Assembly: GCA_964606675.1 (NCBI GenBank)
Contig: CAZSJP010000001.1
Coordinates: 1 to 36,252, forward strand
From: an uncultured bacterium
GTDB taxonomy: Bacteria > Latescibacterota > MWCZ01
DNA length: 36,252 nt
Direction of reading: 5' to 3'
The notes below the pieces were generated by a model. The model did no database searches. It was not told the origin of the DNA and saw only the letters and a program-made list of their open reading frames with translations. Numbering within the stretch: position 1 is the stretch's first letter; the number at the start of each line of letters is the position of its first letter. This document shows positions 1 through 9,666 of this stretch, in pieces. A program made the position numbers and the translations under genes.

Positions 1-297
1 GATGATGTAGGTGATGTTCTCTATCTTGATTCGTCTATTGCCCTTGTTGGTCCTAAGGAGTACCGAATTCCCTCCCGCCGACCGGAACTGCCCGGCGATG
101 GGATCGCCGTCACCCACGCCGATCAGGATGCCCTTCCCCACCCTCAAGGCCTTCCAGAAATCGTAATATCGCCATGGGGAGATCGTGGTGACACGCTTGG
201 CGTGCGGTATGACGCCCGCGCCCGCCCCGCAACCCGCCGCCTGCACCGCAAGCAACGCTACGAGGCCCCACGCGAGAGCGTGACGCGCCCGAGTCAT
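1..297 (-). CDS. putative lipoprotein, 3' end cut by the window edge (first 99 codons only)
   Basis: Reverse-strand ATG at 297-295 opens MTRARHALAWGLVALLAVQAAGCGAGAG... (signal peptide plus lipobox-like AAGC). The frame stays open to position 1. It is absent from the ORF track because it has no in-window stop. Confidence 0.45.
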   Translation of the reverse strand, partial: MTRARHALAWGLVALLAVQAAGCGAGAGVIPHAKRVTTISPWRYYDFWKALRVGKGILIGVGDGDPIAGQFRSAGGNSVLLRTNKGNRRIKIENITYII

Positions 298-549
298 ACC
301 CGGCGCAACCGAACCGTTACCCGTCCGTGCGCATTGCCGGCGATGCGGCGCGACCATCAGCCCACCTCACGTCGTTGCCCGTTGGAGACCGCATTTGCTT
401 TGGTGGTGGTTTCTAAGGCAAACCGAGTGCCAAACGCGTTGCGGTTGCGGGATGCCCATTGCGTGGCGATATAGGGCTGCAACCCGGCTCTCAATTCTGA
501 TACGTCATCGCGCCATCGAGGATCGTACCGTGCACGAGGCGATGGTGGC

Positions 550-2160
550 TCATCCCCGGCCGTCCCAAAGCGCAATCGATACGCCCGGCTCACCGGGAAG
601 AACCCATCCCGGCGTCAGGAAACGGCTATGACACAGACCCGCAGGGCGGCTGTTGATCTCCAAAGCGACGCCCTGAGCGACGTCGTCCTCGCCGCTTTCG
701 ACCAGCATGTCCAGGCCGGCCAGCCGCAGCCTTTCGCCCCGAGTGTGCGCCGCCTGTCGATGGAATGACTCGATCGCCAGCACTACCGTATCGGTGATCC
801 GGAGCACGTCGTCGTCATTCAATGCACGTTCGTCGTCACCAGGATCGATCAGTCGCAGCCGCTCGTGAACTATCGGGTACGCCCTCCCACTCCTGGCGAC
901 GCTTGCCACGAGGGCTTCAGGGTCATCGGCAACGTGAACGTATCCCGATTCGATCCGAACCTGGCCCTCGGCATCCGAAGTCGCGTGCAGCCGTAGTGTC
1001 GCCGGCAGCGGGACCCCGCGATCCGGCACGTAGCGAAGGTCGCCGCGCCGTTCCTGGATGATCGCGTCGTCTGTCAGGAGCACGGCCGCAACCTGATCCC
1101 ATGACGTCTCTATGCCGCCTCTCAGCAGCGAGACGCCGGCGGCTCCGGTGCCGTGCCGGGGTTTCACAAGCAAGTCTCGGTCGGTTCCCCAGGCGGCCAC
1201 TTCAGCCGCCGCCGACTTGACGGCGTTCTGCGGGCCGTCCTCCGATTCGCGCATCGATCCCCGAGTCACCAGTGCGCTCCGCGGCGATGGAACACCCGCC
1301 GAGGCCCACGCATCGTGAACGAACCACTTGTCGTCCGCGGCCAAGGAAGCTGAGGAGGAATTAGCTATGGCGGCACGATGTCCCATCAGTTCCGATGCGG
1401 TCCTCAGGTGCCATACTCCCTCGGCATCGCGCGGTCCCAGAAGAAGCAGCGCCGAGCTTACGCGGACGGACGGCGAAAGGTCGGCTTCAGCGATCCGATC
1501 GGTACCCGCGTCGTACCAGGCCGCGCGCGATAGACGACCATCGACGCCGAACCACGAGGCGTGAGCCGCAACCGCGATGCCGCCTATGGAACCCGCCGCG
1601 CGCGCTTGCAGCGCGTCGACAAGCAGCGGCCAGAACTCGTGCGAGGAATGGGGCCGGCGCTCGAAGACGATAGCGTGGTAGCCGACGTCAGGCTGCGGAG
1701 CGGAAGCGTCGAGCAGCCTCGTCGGTGGCGCCAACGGATGGCTGGTCAAGGTGTCGGCCGCAAAGGCTGCGATGCTGTGGCGGTGCTCCGCCAGAAGCGC
1801 TCGTGCCGCCTGTTCCGTGGGCAGGCCCTCGGTCTCACCGAGACGAACGGGGAGTGTGGCGTGGTGCGTACCGAGCCACCCGGCGGCCTCATCTTCGAGG
1901 CTCTGCCACGCGGCGGGTTTGTGCGGCGGCGATCCCCGAGCGACCGAGAACGGCCGATCGGGAGGCGCCAGAGCGCAGGCTACGACCCGGGCCAGAAGCG
2001 GAGCGATGTCGTCAGGCAGCGTCGCGCCGGGGCAGTCGGATTCAAGCAGCCTGCGACCGACAGAGATCAGGCCTTCGAGATACCTTCTATCCGTCGGCGC
2101 GCGGCCCGCGTCGGTCGCAACCTCTTGCGGCCTCGATGCTCCGATCGTACCCACTGGCAT
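550..2160 (-). CDS. ATP-grasp fold protein (RimK/GshB-like C-terminal half; N-terminal ~300 aa unknown)
   Basis: 536-aa ORF starting 12 nt after the stop of the giant ORF. ATP-grasp blocks appear in canonical order: DKWFVHDAWASAGVPSP, LLVKPRHGTGAAGVSLL, AIIQERRGDLRY, LAGLDMLVES...GVALEINSRPAGL. No signal peptide or TM segment seen. Confidence 0.7.
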   Translation of the reverse strand: MPVGTIGASRPQEVATDAGRAPTDRRYLEGLISVGRRLLESDCPGATLPDDIAPLLARVVACALAPPDRPFSVARGSPPHKPAAWQSLEDEAAGWLGTHHATLPVRLGETEGLPTEQAARALLAEHRHSIAAFAADTLTSHPLAPPTRLLDASAPQPDVGYHAIVFERRPHSSHEFWPLLVDALQARAAGSIGGIAVAAHASWFGVDGRLSRAAWYDAGTDRIAEADLSPSVRVSSALLLLGPRDAEGVWHLRTASELMGHRAAIANSSSASLAADDKWFVHDAWASAGVPSPRSALVTRGSMRESEDGPQNAVKSAAAEVAAWGTDRDLLVKPRHGTGAAGVSLLRGGIETSWDQVAAVLLTDDAIIQERRGDLRYVPDRGVPLPATLRLHATSDAEGQVRIESGYVHVADDPEALVASVARSGRAYPIVHERLRLIDPGDDERALNDDDVLRITDTVVLAIESFHRQAAHTRGERLRLAGLDMLVESGEDDVAQGVALEINSRPAGLCHSRFLTPGWVLPGEPGVSIALWDGRG

Positions 2161-2172
2161 GGCAAGTTCCCG

Positions 2173-5100
2173 TCAGCGACCCGACTTATCCCGAAGTGCG
2201 GTCATGTACTCGGTGCCCGCTCGCGTGAGGTCGCGCAACACGATCCGTGCGTTCTCGCCAACTCGGTCCCAGTTCATCGGTTCACCGGCGGCCGCAGCGC
2301 GCTCACGCTCGCGCTCCTCCTCGCGGATTGCTACGCGGTCCCACAGGCCGACACCGATGTTCGGTTCGATCAGAATCACCTGCCAATCGACGATCTTGCC
2401 CTCGAAAGTGCATGATCCGTCGTGAAGCATGAACAGCGAGCCGACCCTGGTCTCGCTTTCATCGAGGTCCGGAGCGATCTCTACCAGCTCGCCGGGCCTA
2501 TCGAACACCGGTCGCAGGAGGAAGTCGAGCATCAGATACCGTGGCACACCGTAGGAGACTCCCGTGAGGTCGCATCCTATGGCGTCGCCGGTCTCTTCCT
2601 CGTATTCGGAAGCGGTCTGGTTCTCGTACGCAGACATCGCCTCCATGGTCTTCCTGCCGGCGTCTTCGAGCGCATCAATGATCGACGACCGGAACTCCGG
2701 CCTGATGTCCGACGGCCGCAAAATCTCCAGAGTGCCGCCGCGCCCGATGTTCGTGATGAGCTGCGTGCTGTTGAGGGTGATCTTGTGGCTGACGTGCCAA
2801 TGGCGTTCGCGATCCTCCGCCTGCGGTCGGTCGGTCGAGAGGATGATCCGGAACGACCCGAACAACGGCGTCAGCGGCTGCCTATCCCTGACGATCGGGC
2901 GCGACCAGTCGGTGATCTGCCTGTCGGTGAATCTCTCCAGGAACCCCTCGGTCGCCCACGCCTCGGGCGAAGAGACGATGACCTCTTGAACCGCCACGTT
3001 ATGGTGGAGCGATATCTGGTATAGGAACTCAGCCGCGTCGTCGACCGCCTGATCGATCGGGGTACCGTCGGGTGCGCCGATCTCGAACGCTTTCTGCCTG
3101 CGGCCTCCCGATTCGGCGGCATCTTTGACCATGACGATCCTGTGCTGCCGCGCGAACGAGATCAGCCCCTCGAACGACGAATCCGGCCGGCCGCGTTTGA
3201 TGTGCTCCAGCACGGTCGGTTCGTCCGAGTCGGTCGTCCACTCATGCAGCCAGTCGATCTCGTCGGGGAACGTCACGCCGGTGTCGGGAGTGAAGATGTC
3301 CGCGTATTTGGCTTTGTCGTACGTCGTCCACGTGTGGTACCGCGACTGTATCGAAAATGGCAATCCGAGCCGTTCCAGATGCCCGCCGTCATACACCTCG
3401 CTGCCGTGCATCGGTAGAACGACCGCGGCTGTCACCGGCTCGGAGAAGCGCGCGGCTATCCGCACGCCCTTGGGGCCGACGTCCCTGTCGGCGATCGCTT
3501 CGGCGCCGCTCTCGCTGAGGCCCCAGTGCATCCGGAGTGCCGCCGTATAGGTCCCTCTTTCGACGTAGAGATGGGCGTCGTCGATCTCGATGCGATCGCC
3601 TCTGATGTGCCCCTGGCGCGTGAGGAGAATGTTGGCTGCGGGCTGCCCATCCGCGACAAGCTCTCGCGCCAGCGTCGGCCCCTCGGCCAACATGCGCGAT
3701 ATGTGCGTTCTTCCGACCGGGTACAACGCCACCAGATTTACACGATGTCGGGCATCTACGAGCGACGGGCCGAAACCGTCGAACACCGGGGGCAGCACGA
3801 ACCCGTCGTTGCGGAGGAACGCGATCTCCCGCAGCTGGCCGTAAGCACGCCATCGCCGCTCGGCGTCGGTTGTGCCGCCGGCTCCGATGGCGCCGATCGC
3901 TACGTCACTCTCTAGCCGGCCCAGCAGCAGGTCCTGGTCTGTCACGGGGCGGTGGTAGGCTTCGGTGCGCGTCACGACGAGGTTCCTCAGATAGCCGTAG
4001 AGCCACCTGTGGTGCCGATCGGCGAGATCGTAGAGTTCGTCGTCGTGGAACTCGTCGAAGCCTATCCCCCTCGAATACGCCCACGGGCGGTACTCGTCGA
4101 AATGATCGTTTATCGTCTCGGAGAAGAACGTGGCTAGGCTGCGCCAGAGATGCCCCGCGTCGGGTTCGTCGCCTTGCCCCTGCCTGTCGGCCAACGTCGC
4201 GTCCAGCGCGCGGGCTATGTCGACGAACTCCGCCAGCGTCGCTACGCTCTCGAGCACCGACAGACGCTTCCGCTTCGGCCATTTCTCCCCTCGCGCACGC
4301 TCAATCGCGTTCTGCCCCAGATTACCGAGTGCGCCGATCTCTTCGTATCCTCCGCAGACGGACCGCAGGGCGTCCGGGTCGAGTTCCATGCCACCGAACA
4401 GCGCGCGGAAACACTCGCTCAACTCGGCGGCCTCGTCGAGGTCGTCGCATAGCTCGGCGACCATGCTCTCGGCAAGAATCCTCGTGAGCGCCATCATCCG
4501 CCCGAATGCTTCGTCGGTCTCGAAGCCCTCCGGATCGCCGAGCGTCGCGCGAATGTCGTCTACCAGTTTCGCCGCGGGTCGTGCTGCACCGCGCTCTTTG
4601 TCGAGTGTCTCATCGAAAGCGCGCCGGCGCTTGTGCAACGCGACCATTCGTCGTGCGCGTTCGGCGAGCTGCTTCCGGGTGTCCAGAGCGATGCTCGTGA
4701 CCTCTTCAGTTGCCTTGTTCGAGCTCTCGACGCCGCCTTCCTGCCGAAACGCAGGTGCGCCGGCCTGTCGCATCGGAGGCGCAAGTATCGCTGCTGCTGC
4801 GCTGGGGGTCGGCTCCGTGTCGCCTGCCGACGGCTCGACGCCGAACATCTTCTTCCGCGCGCCGGCAAACAGAGCTTCCTCGCGTGCGAGGTCCGACTCG
4901 GGCAAGCCTTCGGTTATGAACGCGCCGCCCGCCCCAAGCCAATGAACGAAGCCGAACTCCTCCGGGCCGCGCATGCGAGAAATATCCGCGAGTGCGGCGG
5001 AGACGACGTGACCGGCCTCGGTATCCCTACGGAAGCGCGTAAGTCGCTCTTCCTCTTCGAGCGCCAGAAGCGCTTCCTGCTCGTCTCTGGCCGTCGCAAC

Positions 5101-8100
5101 GAGGCGCGCGAAGTGAGCTGCGACGCTGGATGGGTCGCCAGCCAGGTAGCGCTCGCGGAACCCCTTGGCCTCGTCTCGCGTCACCTGCATACGAAGCCGC
5201 CACGATTCGACCGTATCCTCTCCGACGCCGATCGCTCGATAGACGCCCTTCTTCCCGACCTGTTCGCATGCGGCAAACCATCGCATGACGTCGTACCGCG
5301 ACATGGCGCGGCGCCGCGCTCCCGAGCCACCGTCGACGATGATCAGGGAGCTATCGGGATGACCGTAGAGCATCAGGTCGCGCAGCTCTGCCGGGCGCGC
5401 CAGAAGCTCCATGACCTGTCGGTGCGATATTCCGACGTCGAATACGTCGGCGCCCTGAAGAGCGTGCTCGTACGAGTTATCGGGCCCCAACACTGAGAGC
5501 GCCATCGCGTGGATGTATCCGCCCAGCTTCCCGGCAAGCTCGGAAGCGGCCGGATCGCCACGCAGCCTGGCCCATCGCTCGAGCCTCGGGCCGAATGTCG
5601 TCATGTTGGCCACGATGTCTTCGTCGTCGAGACCGAGCGCGTAGAGCTCGGCCTTCGCATCCTCCGCGACGTCCTCTATCGTCGTGTCGCTCGTGTAGCG
5701 CAGAACGTCCTGGGTCGAAAGACCCATCGGGCTAACGAGCCGCAACTCGCCGGGAGCGGGATATCCGGGGAACACATCGCGCAGTTGCTCCGACCCATCG
5801 TTCGGGGCAAGGCCCCAGCGCGCGGCGATCCGGCGCAACTGCGAGTCGTCGGCGCCCAGGGCGTCGACGGTGCGATCCCAACCGTCGATCATCAGTGCCG
5901 CGAGTGTCCTCGCCTCGCCGCCGAGGCTGTAACGCAGAAACTCGCCGGTGCCGGCGTATATCTCGAACTTGCGCATGCCGACCGAGAAGCGCCCATCCTG
6001 CGTGTCGGGCTTGTATTCGGCGCTCAGGACGATCTTCGCGTTCTCCGGCGTCGGCAGACGGTCGTTCTCTCTGTGAGCGTTCGCTAGCGCGTCGTATGTC
6101 AACCAGACTTTGTAGAACGGCATGAACCGATTCACGTGCTCGGCGCCTGCGATCATCGTATGCACGCCGAACCTGGCGGCGAGAGAACCGACCACCGCGC
6201 GGCCGTTCGTTAGCGGTGGCTGACCCAGTCGCTCCAGTACCGAGGCCAGGCGCGTTATCTGAAAGACTGGCACCTGCCTGCCGGACGGCCCGTCGGCGTC
6301 ACGAATGCCGAATGCTTTCCGCAAACCGTCCTCGTCGGCCAGCATCCGCTCGGCCCATGCCTCCCATTCCAGTTCGGTCGGGAAGTCTTCGCGTCCAAGC
6401 AGCACCTTGCGAGCCAGCCTCGCTACCGATGCGTGGTTGTGATCCTCGACGCCCAGCTGCCCGAGCTTGACCCCCTCCGACAGCGTCAGCACGAACTCCA
6501 GAAACAGCCCGTCCTTCGGGACGCAATACCCACCGTAGCCCTCGCCCGCCGGGTGTATCGTACGGTCTTCGCGAAGGCTCATCTGATCGCCCAGTTCCTC
6601 AACGTCGCCTCGTCCGGCCGCGTTGACCATCAGCGCCATCGCGTTGGAATACGCGAAGTGCGATGCCATCGAAGCGTTCTCGCCGGTCTTCAGTACCTCC
6701 GGCTCGGTCAGGCTGTCGAACCTCTTCACGGACTTGTTGATCAGGCCGTATACGCGTCTGCCGACTTGAGCCGCCTGCCTGTCGAGTCCGCCGACCCATT
6801 GCGCCCAGGTTTCCACCGACTCCCGCTCGCGCGGCCCCAAGTCGACACGGCTCGGCGTGTAGAGCAGGTGGTACCGCTTCGACCCGCCGGTGGCCTGGTA
6901 GTAGTGGCGCGGGTCGAGTGTAAGATGGCTGAGGCCCGCCTCCGACAGCACCTCTTTCCTGGCGGTGGTTCGGGCCAGCCTCTGGTGCCGGCGCAGCCAG
7001 TTGGCCTTGCGCTCGGCAAGAGCATCGTCGGGCTGTTCCTCGTCGAGCTTCCTCAGCAGCGCCTCGCGGGCGGCAAAGCGAACGAAAGCGCCCAAGTCGG
7101 CGGTGAAGTCGCCGTTGCCGTCCACGACGCGACGCTCCAACTCGGCGTGGCTTGCGTCAGGGCTCTGCTCGCGGAGGCCCGCCACGGCGCGGCCGATCTC
7201 CAGAACATTGCGTTCGACCACGTCCGCGAGAGCCTGCTCTTCCAGTTCCGCACGTTTCGTTCCGATGTAGGAATCGACCTCGGGCGGGTCGACCGGCGCG
7301 TTGTCCGCGTTGCTGTGCCCGAGGACCTCTCGCAGCACTGCGAGCACCGATACCTGCGCCTGAACGAGGCGATTGGCACCGATCGCCCGGCGTATGGCCG
7401 AAGCGCGAGGTATGTCCTCGGTGGCAACCATCGTGTCGACTTCGACCCCAAGGCCCAGTTCGTCGATGAGCGCTTCGCCGAGAGCCTCGATCTCGTCGCC
7501 GTACGACCGAAGGCGCTCGTCTACGGCTCCGGCGAGCCCCTCGGCATCGACGACGTTGACCAGCGCCATGCTCTCTTCGAGCCACGTCCGCACGTAGCCG
7601 TCGGTCATGTTCGCCGACTGCGTTGTCAGCACGTGCATGGCCGGTGTCCGCCTGAGCGGCCGCTCCGACAGGGGCGCCATCTCGACGCAAGCCGCTCGGT
7701 GCCGTTCGCGAACCTCGGGCGATGCATCGGCGAGCGCCGATTGCAGCCCGGAAAGCCAATCGCTCGACTGCCGGACCTGGCCGAGTACCGCCTGCCACAA
7801 CTCGTCGCCGACGATGCCAACGTCGCCGTCGTATTCATCGAGCAGGACTCGACGGACCGCATCGAGCCGTTCGCCGCCGCCGTTCCTCTCGAACTCGGCG
7901 CTGATAGCCGCGGCCGATGTATCCGATGCCAGCTTCACCGTGGCTGCAAGCGCGGCGGTCTCGTCGGCTCGTCCGTCGGTCGTCAACTTGCGCACGCGGT
8001 CGAAGTCCGCCGCGCGACCGAGGTCGGCCGATGCCGGATCCTCGTCCAGAAGCAATGCCCTGGCGAACGCGCAGTATCCGCTCAACTCCGCCGCGCGAAG

Positions 8101-9666
8101 ATTTCGCGCCCATGGTTCGGCCATCTGCTCCCTGAACGACTCCTCCATCCCCGCTTGATCGATCACGGTCTCGGTCGTCTCGACACCGTCGACGACTCGA
8201 ATACGCTCCTTGATGAACAGTGGGATCGCTTCTATCCAATGGTCTGCATGTTCGAGCCAGACGTAGTCCGGCGACGCATAGAGCCGGTCGCCGGCCTGTG
8301 GCACCAGTTGTCTCAGGTTCTCGGCTTTGCCGAGGTACGGCTCGCGCCCTTCGTTGATCTTCGCAAGCAGGTGCGAACCGGTGGGCGACGGGCGCTGACT
8401 CGCGATGAGATACGCCGCCGGACGTCGGTCGGCTTCCAGGATGCGCTCGCGGAGCGTCCCGGTCGCGCGCAGAATCGCCTCACTCACGCGCATTGTTTCG
8501 CTGAGGTCGGCCTCCGCCTTACGGTTGGACTCGGGATCGGGCGTGGCGGCCTCAACCTGAGCGCGTCTGCGCTGCAGTGCGCTCTGAGCCTGTGACCGTT
8601 GGTGCCGTAGCGTCTGCTCCTCGAGGTGATCCAGCGCGCCGGCCAACTCTGTGAGCCGCGCCTCGCTTCGGGGCCTTGCGAGCAGCGTAATCCTGTCGGC
8701 GGCGGGACGCAGATTGCTCCACGGCTCGGCGCATTCGGCAACGTCGTCGGCCGCGGCCGCTACTTCGTCCGTGATCGTGACAAGCCGCGCGTGCGCGAAC
8801 AGGAGCGCCTGGTTGTGGAACGCACGACTCATCCTGCCGAAGATCAGCTCTTCGTCGCTCCACGCGGACTCGCCGCTTATCCGCTCCGCGTTGCACCTCT
8901 CCGTGCCCCGGTGGTAGCCGCGAACGATCTGGTAGAGGGCCAGTCGCGCTTCGTCCGGGTCCATGTTGGCCCGAAGCGTCTCGGCTATGGCCGCACGGTC
9001 GTACGGCAGATCCAGCCGGGCCTGCCCGAGAAGCCACGTTATGCAACGTTGTCGCCACTCGTCGGCCGAATCGCCCGCGTCACCCATCGCCTCCTTGTCG
9101 TCGAGCGAACGGAGAAAACGACCGAATATGCCCCCTGCATCGATCCGAAGCGAATCGATACCACTCAGAACGGCGTGTCGGTCGGCTGCAGTGCTTTCAT
9201 CCCAAACTGCGAGCGATGACGCGAGCGCGGATCGGTCGTCTGTCGCACCGCCTATGGTTTCACGAGCGAATGCTCCCGCCATCTGCAACAGCGTGACCGC
9301 GCATTTGTGAGCCGCCTCCGGCCCAGCGACCTTCCTGCCCGAGAGCGTCAGCCCTGCTCCCGCTGCGAAGTCCGCCGCGATCTCCACCTTCGCCTCGGCG
9401 CACCTGACTACGAGCAGGCTCTCGGCGCCGGCACTGTATTCGACTGATGCGTTCTCGGCCCACGCGGCCTCACCCCACGCCTCCCGGCAGAGCGCCGCCG
9501 TCAGATCGGCGTCAGGCTCCGAAGCGATCGATCCGTCCGCCACCGCCCGCCATCGTGCTCGGCGGTCATCTTCGGCGTGAATGCATCTTACGGGAAATGC
9601 GGAGCGCGTGGCGCCCCAGCAGGGTACTGTTTCGGCTTTGGTGTGTTCGTCGCCGGCAGATGGCAT
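2173..9666 (-). CDS. giant multidomain protein (~2,500 aa): nucleotide-sugar dehydrogenase-like core plus C-terminal ATP-grasp-like module, remainder unknown
   Basis: Uninterrupted ORF of 2,508 codons from GTG 9699. The ATG at 9666 has GAGG 6 nt upstream and is the likelier start. UDP-glucose/GDP-mannose dehydrogenase family blocks: YTPSRVDLGPRE, NASMASHFAYSNAMALMVNA, GEGYGGYCVPKDG (Cys codon 6523-6525) and VLSAEYKPDTQDGRFS. C-terminal ATP-grasp-like blocks: IVMVKDAAESGG, VAVQEVI, ITNIGRGGTLE, VILIEPNIGVG. No signal peptide or TM segment seen. Confidence 0.9.
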   Translation of the reverse strand: MPSAGDEHTKAETVPCWGATRSAFPVRCIHAEDDRRARWRAVADGSIASEPDADLTAALCREAWGEAAWAENASVEYSAGAESLLVVRCAEAKVEIAADFAAGAGLTLSGRKVAGPEAAHKCAVTLLQMAGAFARETIGGATDDRSALASSLAVWDESTAADRHAVLSGIDSLRIDAGGIFGRFLRSLDDKEAMGDAGDSADEWRQRCITWLLGQARLDLPYDRAAIAETLRANMDPDEARLALYQIVRGYHRGTERCNAERISGESAWSDEELIFGRMSRAFHNQALLFAHARLVTITDEVAAAADDVAECAEPWSNLRPAADRITLLARPRSEARLTELAGALDHLEEQTLRHQRSQAQSALQRRRAQVEAATPDPESNRKAEADLSETMRVSEAILRATGTLRERILEADRRPAAYLIASQRPSPTGSHLLAKINEGREPYLGKAENLRQLVPQAGDRLYASPDYVWLEHADHWIEAIPLFIKERIRVVDGVETTETVIDQAGMEESFREQMAEPWARNLRAAELSGYCAFARALLLDEDPASADLGRAADFDRVRKLTTDGRADETAALAATVKLASDTSAAAISAEFERNGGGERLDAVRRVLLDEYDGDVGIVGDELWQAVLGQVRQSSDWLSGLQSALADASPEVRERHRAACVEMAPLSERPLRRTPAMHVLTTQSANMTDGYVRTWLEESMALVNVVDAEGLAGAVDERLRSYGDEIEALGEALIDELGLGVEVDTMVATEDIPRASAIRRAIGANRLVQAQVSVLAVLREVLGHSNADNAPVDPPEVDSYIGTKRAELEEQALADVVERNVLEIGRAVAGLREQSPDASHAELERRVVDGNGDFTADLGAFVRFAAREALLRKLDEEQPDDALAERKANWLRRHQRLARTTARKEVLSEAGLSHLTLDPRHYYQATGGSKRYHLLYTPSRVDLGPRERESVETWAQWVGGLDRQAAQVGRRVYGLINKSVKRFDSLTEPEVLKTGENASMASHFAYSNAMALMVNAAGRGDVEELGDQMSLREDRTIHPAGEGYGGYCVPKDGLFLEFVLTLSEGVKLGQLGVEDHNHASVARLARKVLLGREDFPTELEWEAWAERMLADEDGLRKAFGIRDADGPSGRQVPVFQITRLASVLERLGQPPLTNGRAVVGSLAARFGVHTMIAGAEHVNRFMPFYKVWLTYDALANAHRENDRLPTPENAKIVLSAEYKPDTQDGRFSVGMRKFEIYAGTGEFLRYSLGGEARTLAALMIDGWDRTVDALGADDSQLRRIAARWGLAPNDGSEQLRDVFPGYPAPGELRLVSPMGLSTQDVLRYTSDTTIEDVAEDAKAELYALGLDDEDIVANMTTFGPRLERWARLRGDPAASELAGKLGGYIHAMALSVLGPDNSYEHALQGADVFDVGISHRQVMELLARPAELRDLMLYGHPDSSLIIVDGGSGARRRAMSRYDVMRWFAACEQVGKKGVYRAIGVGEDTVESWRLRMQVTRDEAKGFRERYLAGDPSSVAAHFARLVATARDEQEALLALEEEERLTRFRRDTEAGHVVSAALADISRMRGPEEFGFVHWLGAGGAFITEGLPESDLAREEALFAGARKKMFGVEPSAGDTEPTPSAAAAILAPPMRQAGAPAFRQEGGVESSNKATEEVTSIALDTRKQLAERARRMVALHKRRRAFDETLDKERGAARPAAKLVDDIRATLGDPEGFETDEAFGRMMALTRILAESMVAELCDDLDEAAELSECFRALFGGMELDPDALRSVCGGYEEIGALGNLGQNAIERARGEKWPKRKRLSVLESVATLAEFVDIARALDATLADRQGQGDEPDAGHLWRSLATFFSETINDHFDEYRPWAYSRGIGFDEFHDDELYDLADRHHRWLYGYLRNLVVTRTEAYHRPVTDQDLLLGRLESDVAIGAIGAGGTTDAERRWRAYGQLREIAFLRNDGFVLPPVFDGFGPSLVDARHRVNLVALYPVGRTHISRMLAEGPTLARELVADGQPAANILLTRQGHIRGDRIEIDDAHLYVERGTYTAALRMHWGLSESGAEAIADRDVGPKGVRIAARFSEPVTAAVVLPMHGSEVYDGGHLERLGLPFSIQSRYHTWTTYDKAKYADIFTPDTGVTFPDEIDWLHEWTTDSDEPTVLEHIKRGRPDSSFEGLISFARQHRIVMVKDAAESGGRRQKAFEIGAPDGTPIDQAVDDAAEFLYQISLHHNVAVQEVIVSSPEAWATEGFLERFTDRQITDWSRPIVRDRQPLTPLFGSFRIILSTDRPQAEDRERHWHVSHKITLNSTQLITNIGRGGTLEILRPSDIRPEFRSSIIDALEDAGRKTMEAMSAYENQTASEYEEETGDAIGCDLTGVSYGVPRYLMLDFLLRPVFDRPGELVEIAPDLDESETRVGSLFMLHDGSCTFEGKIVDWQVILIEPNIGVGLWDRVAIREEERERERAAAAGEPMNWDRVGENARIVLRDLTRAGTEYMTALRDKSGR

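Noticed and set aside
6433-8595. 720-aa plus-strand ORF, along with many other 60-290-aa ORFs on both strands between 600 and 9700
   Set aside because: These are antisense or off-frame shadows of the giant gene. They are typical of high-GC DNA, with Arg/Pro/Gly/Ala-rich, low-complexity translations and no motifs. The minus-strand frame is uninterrupted and carries family motifs.
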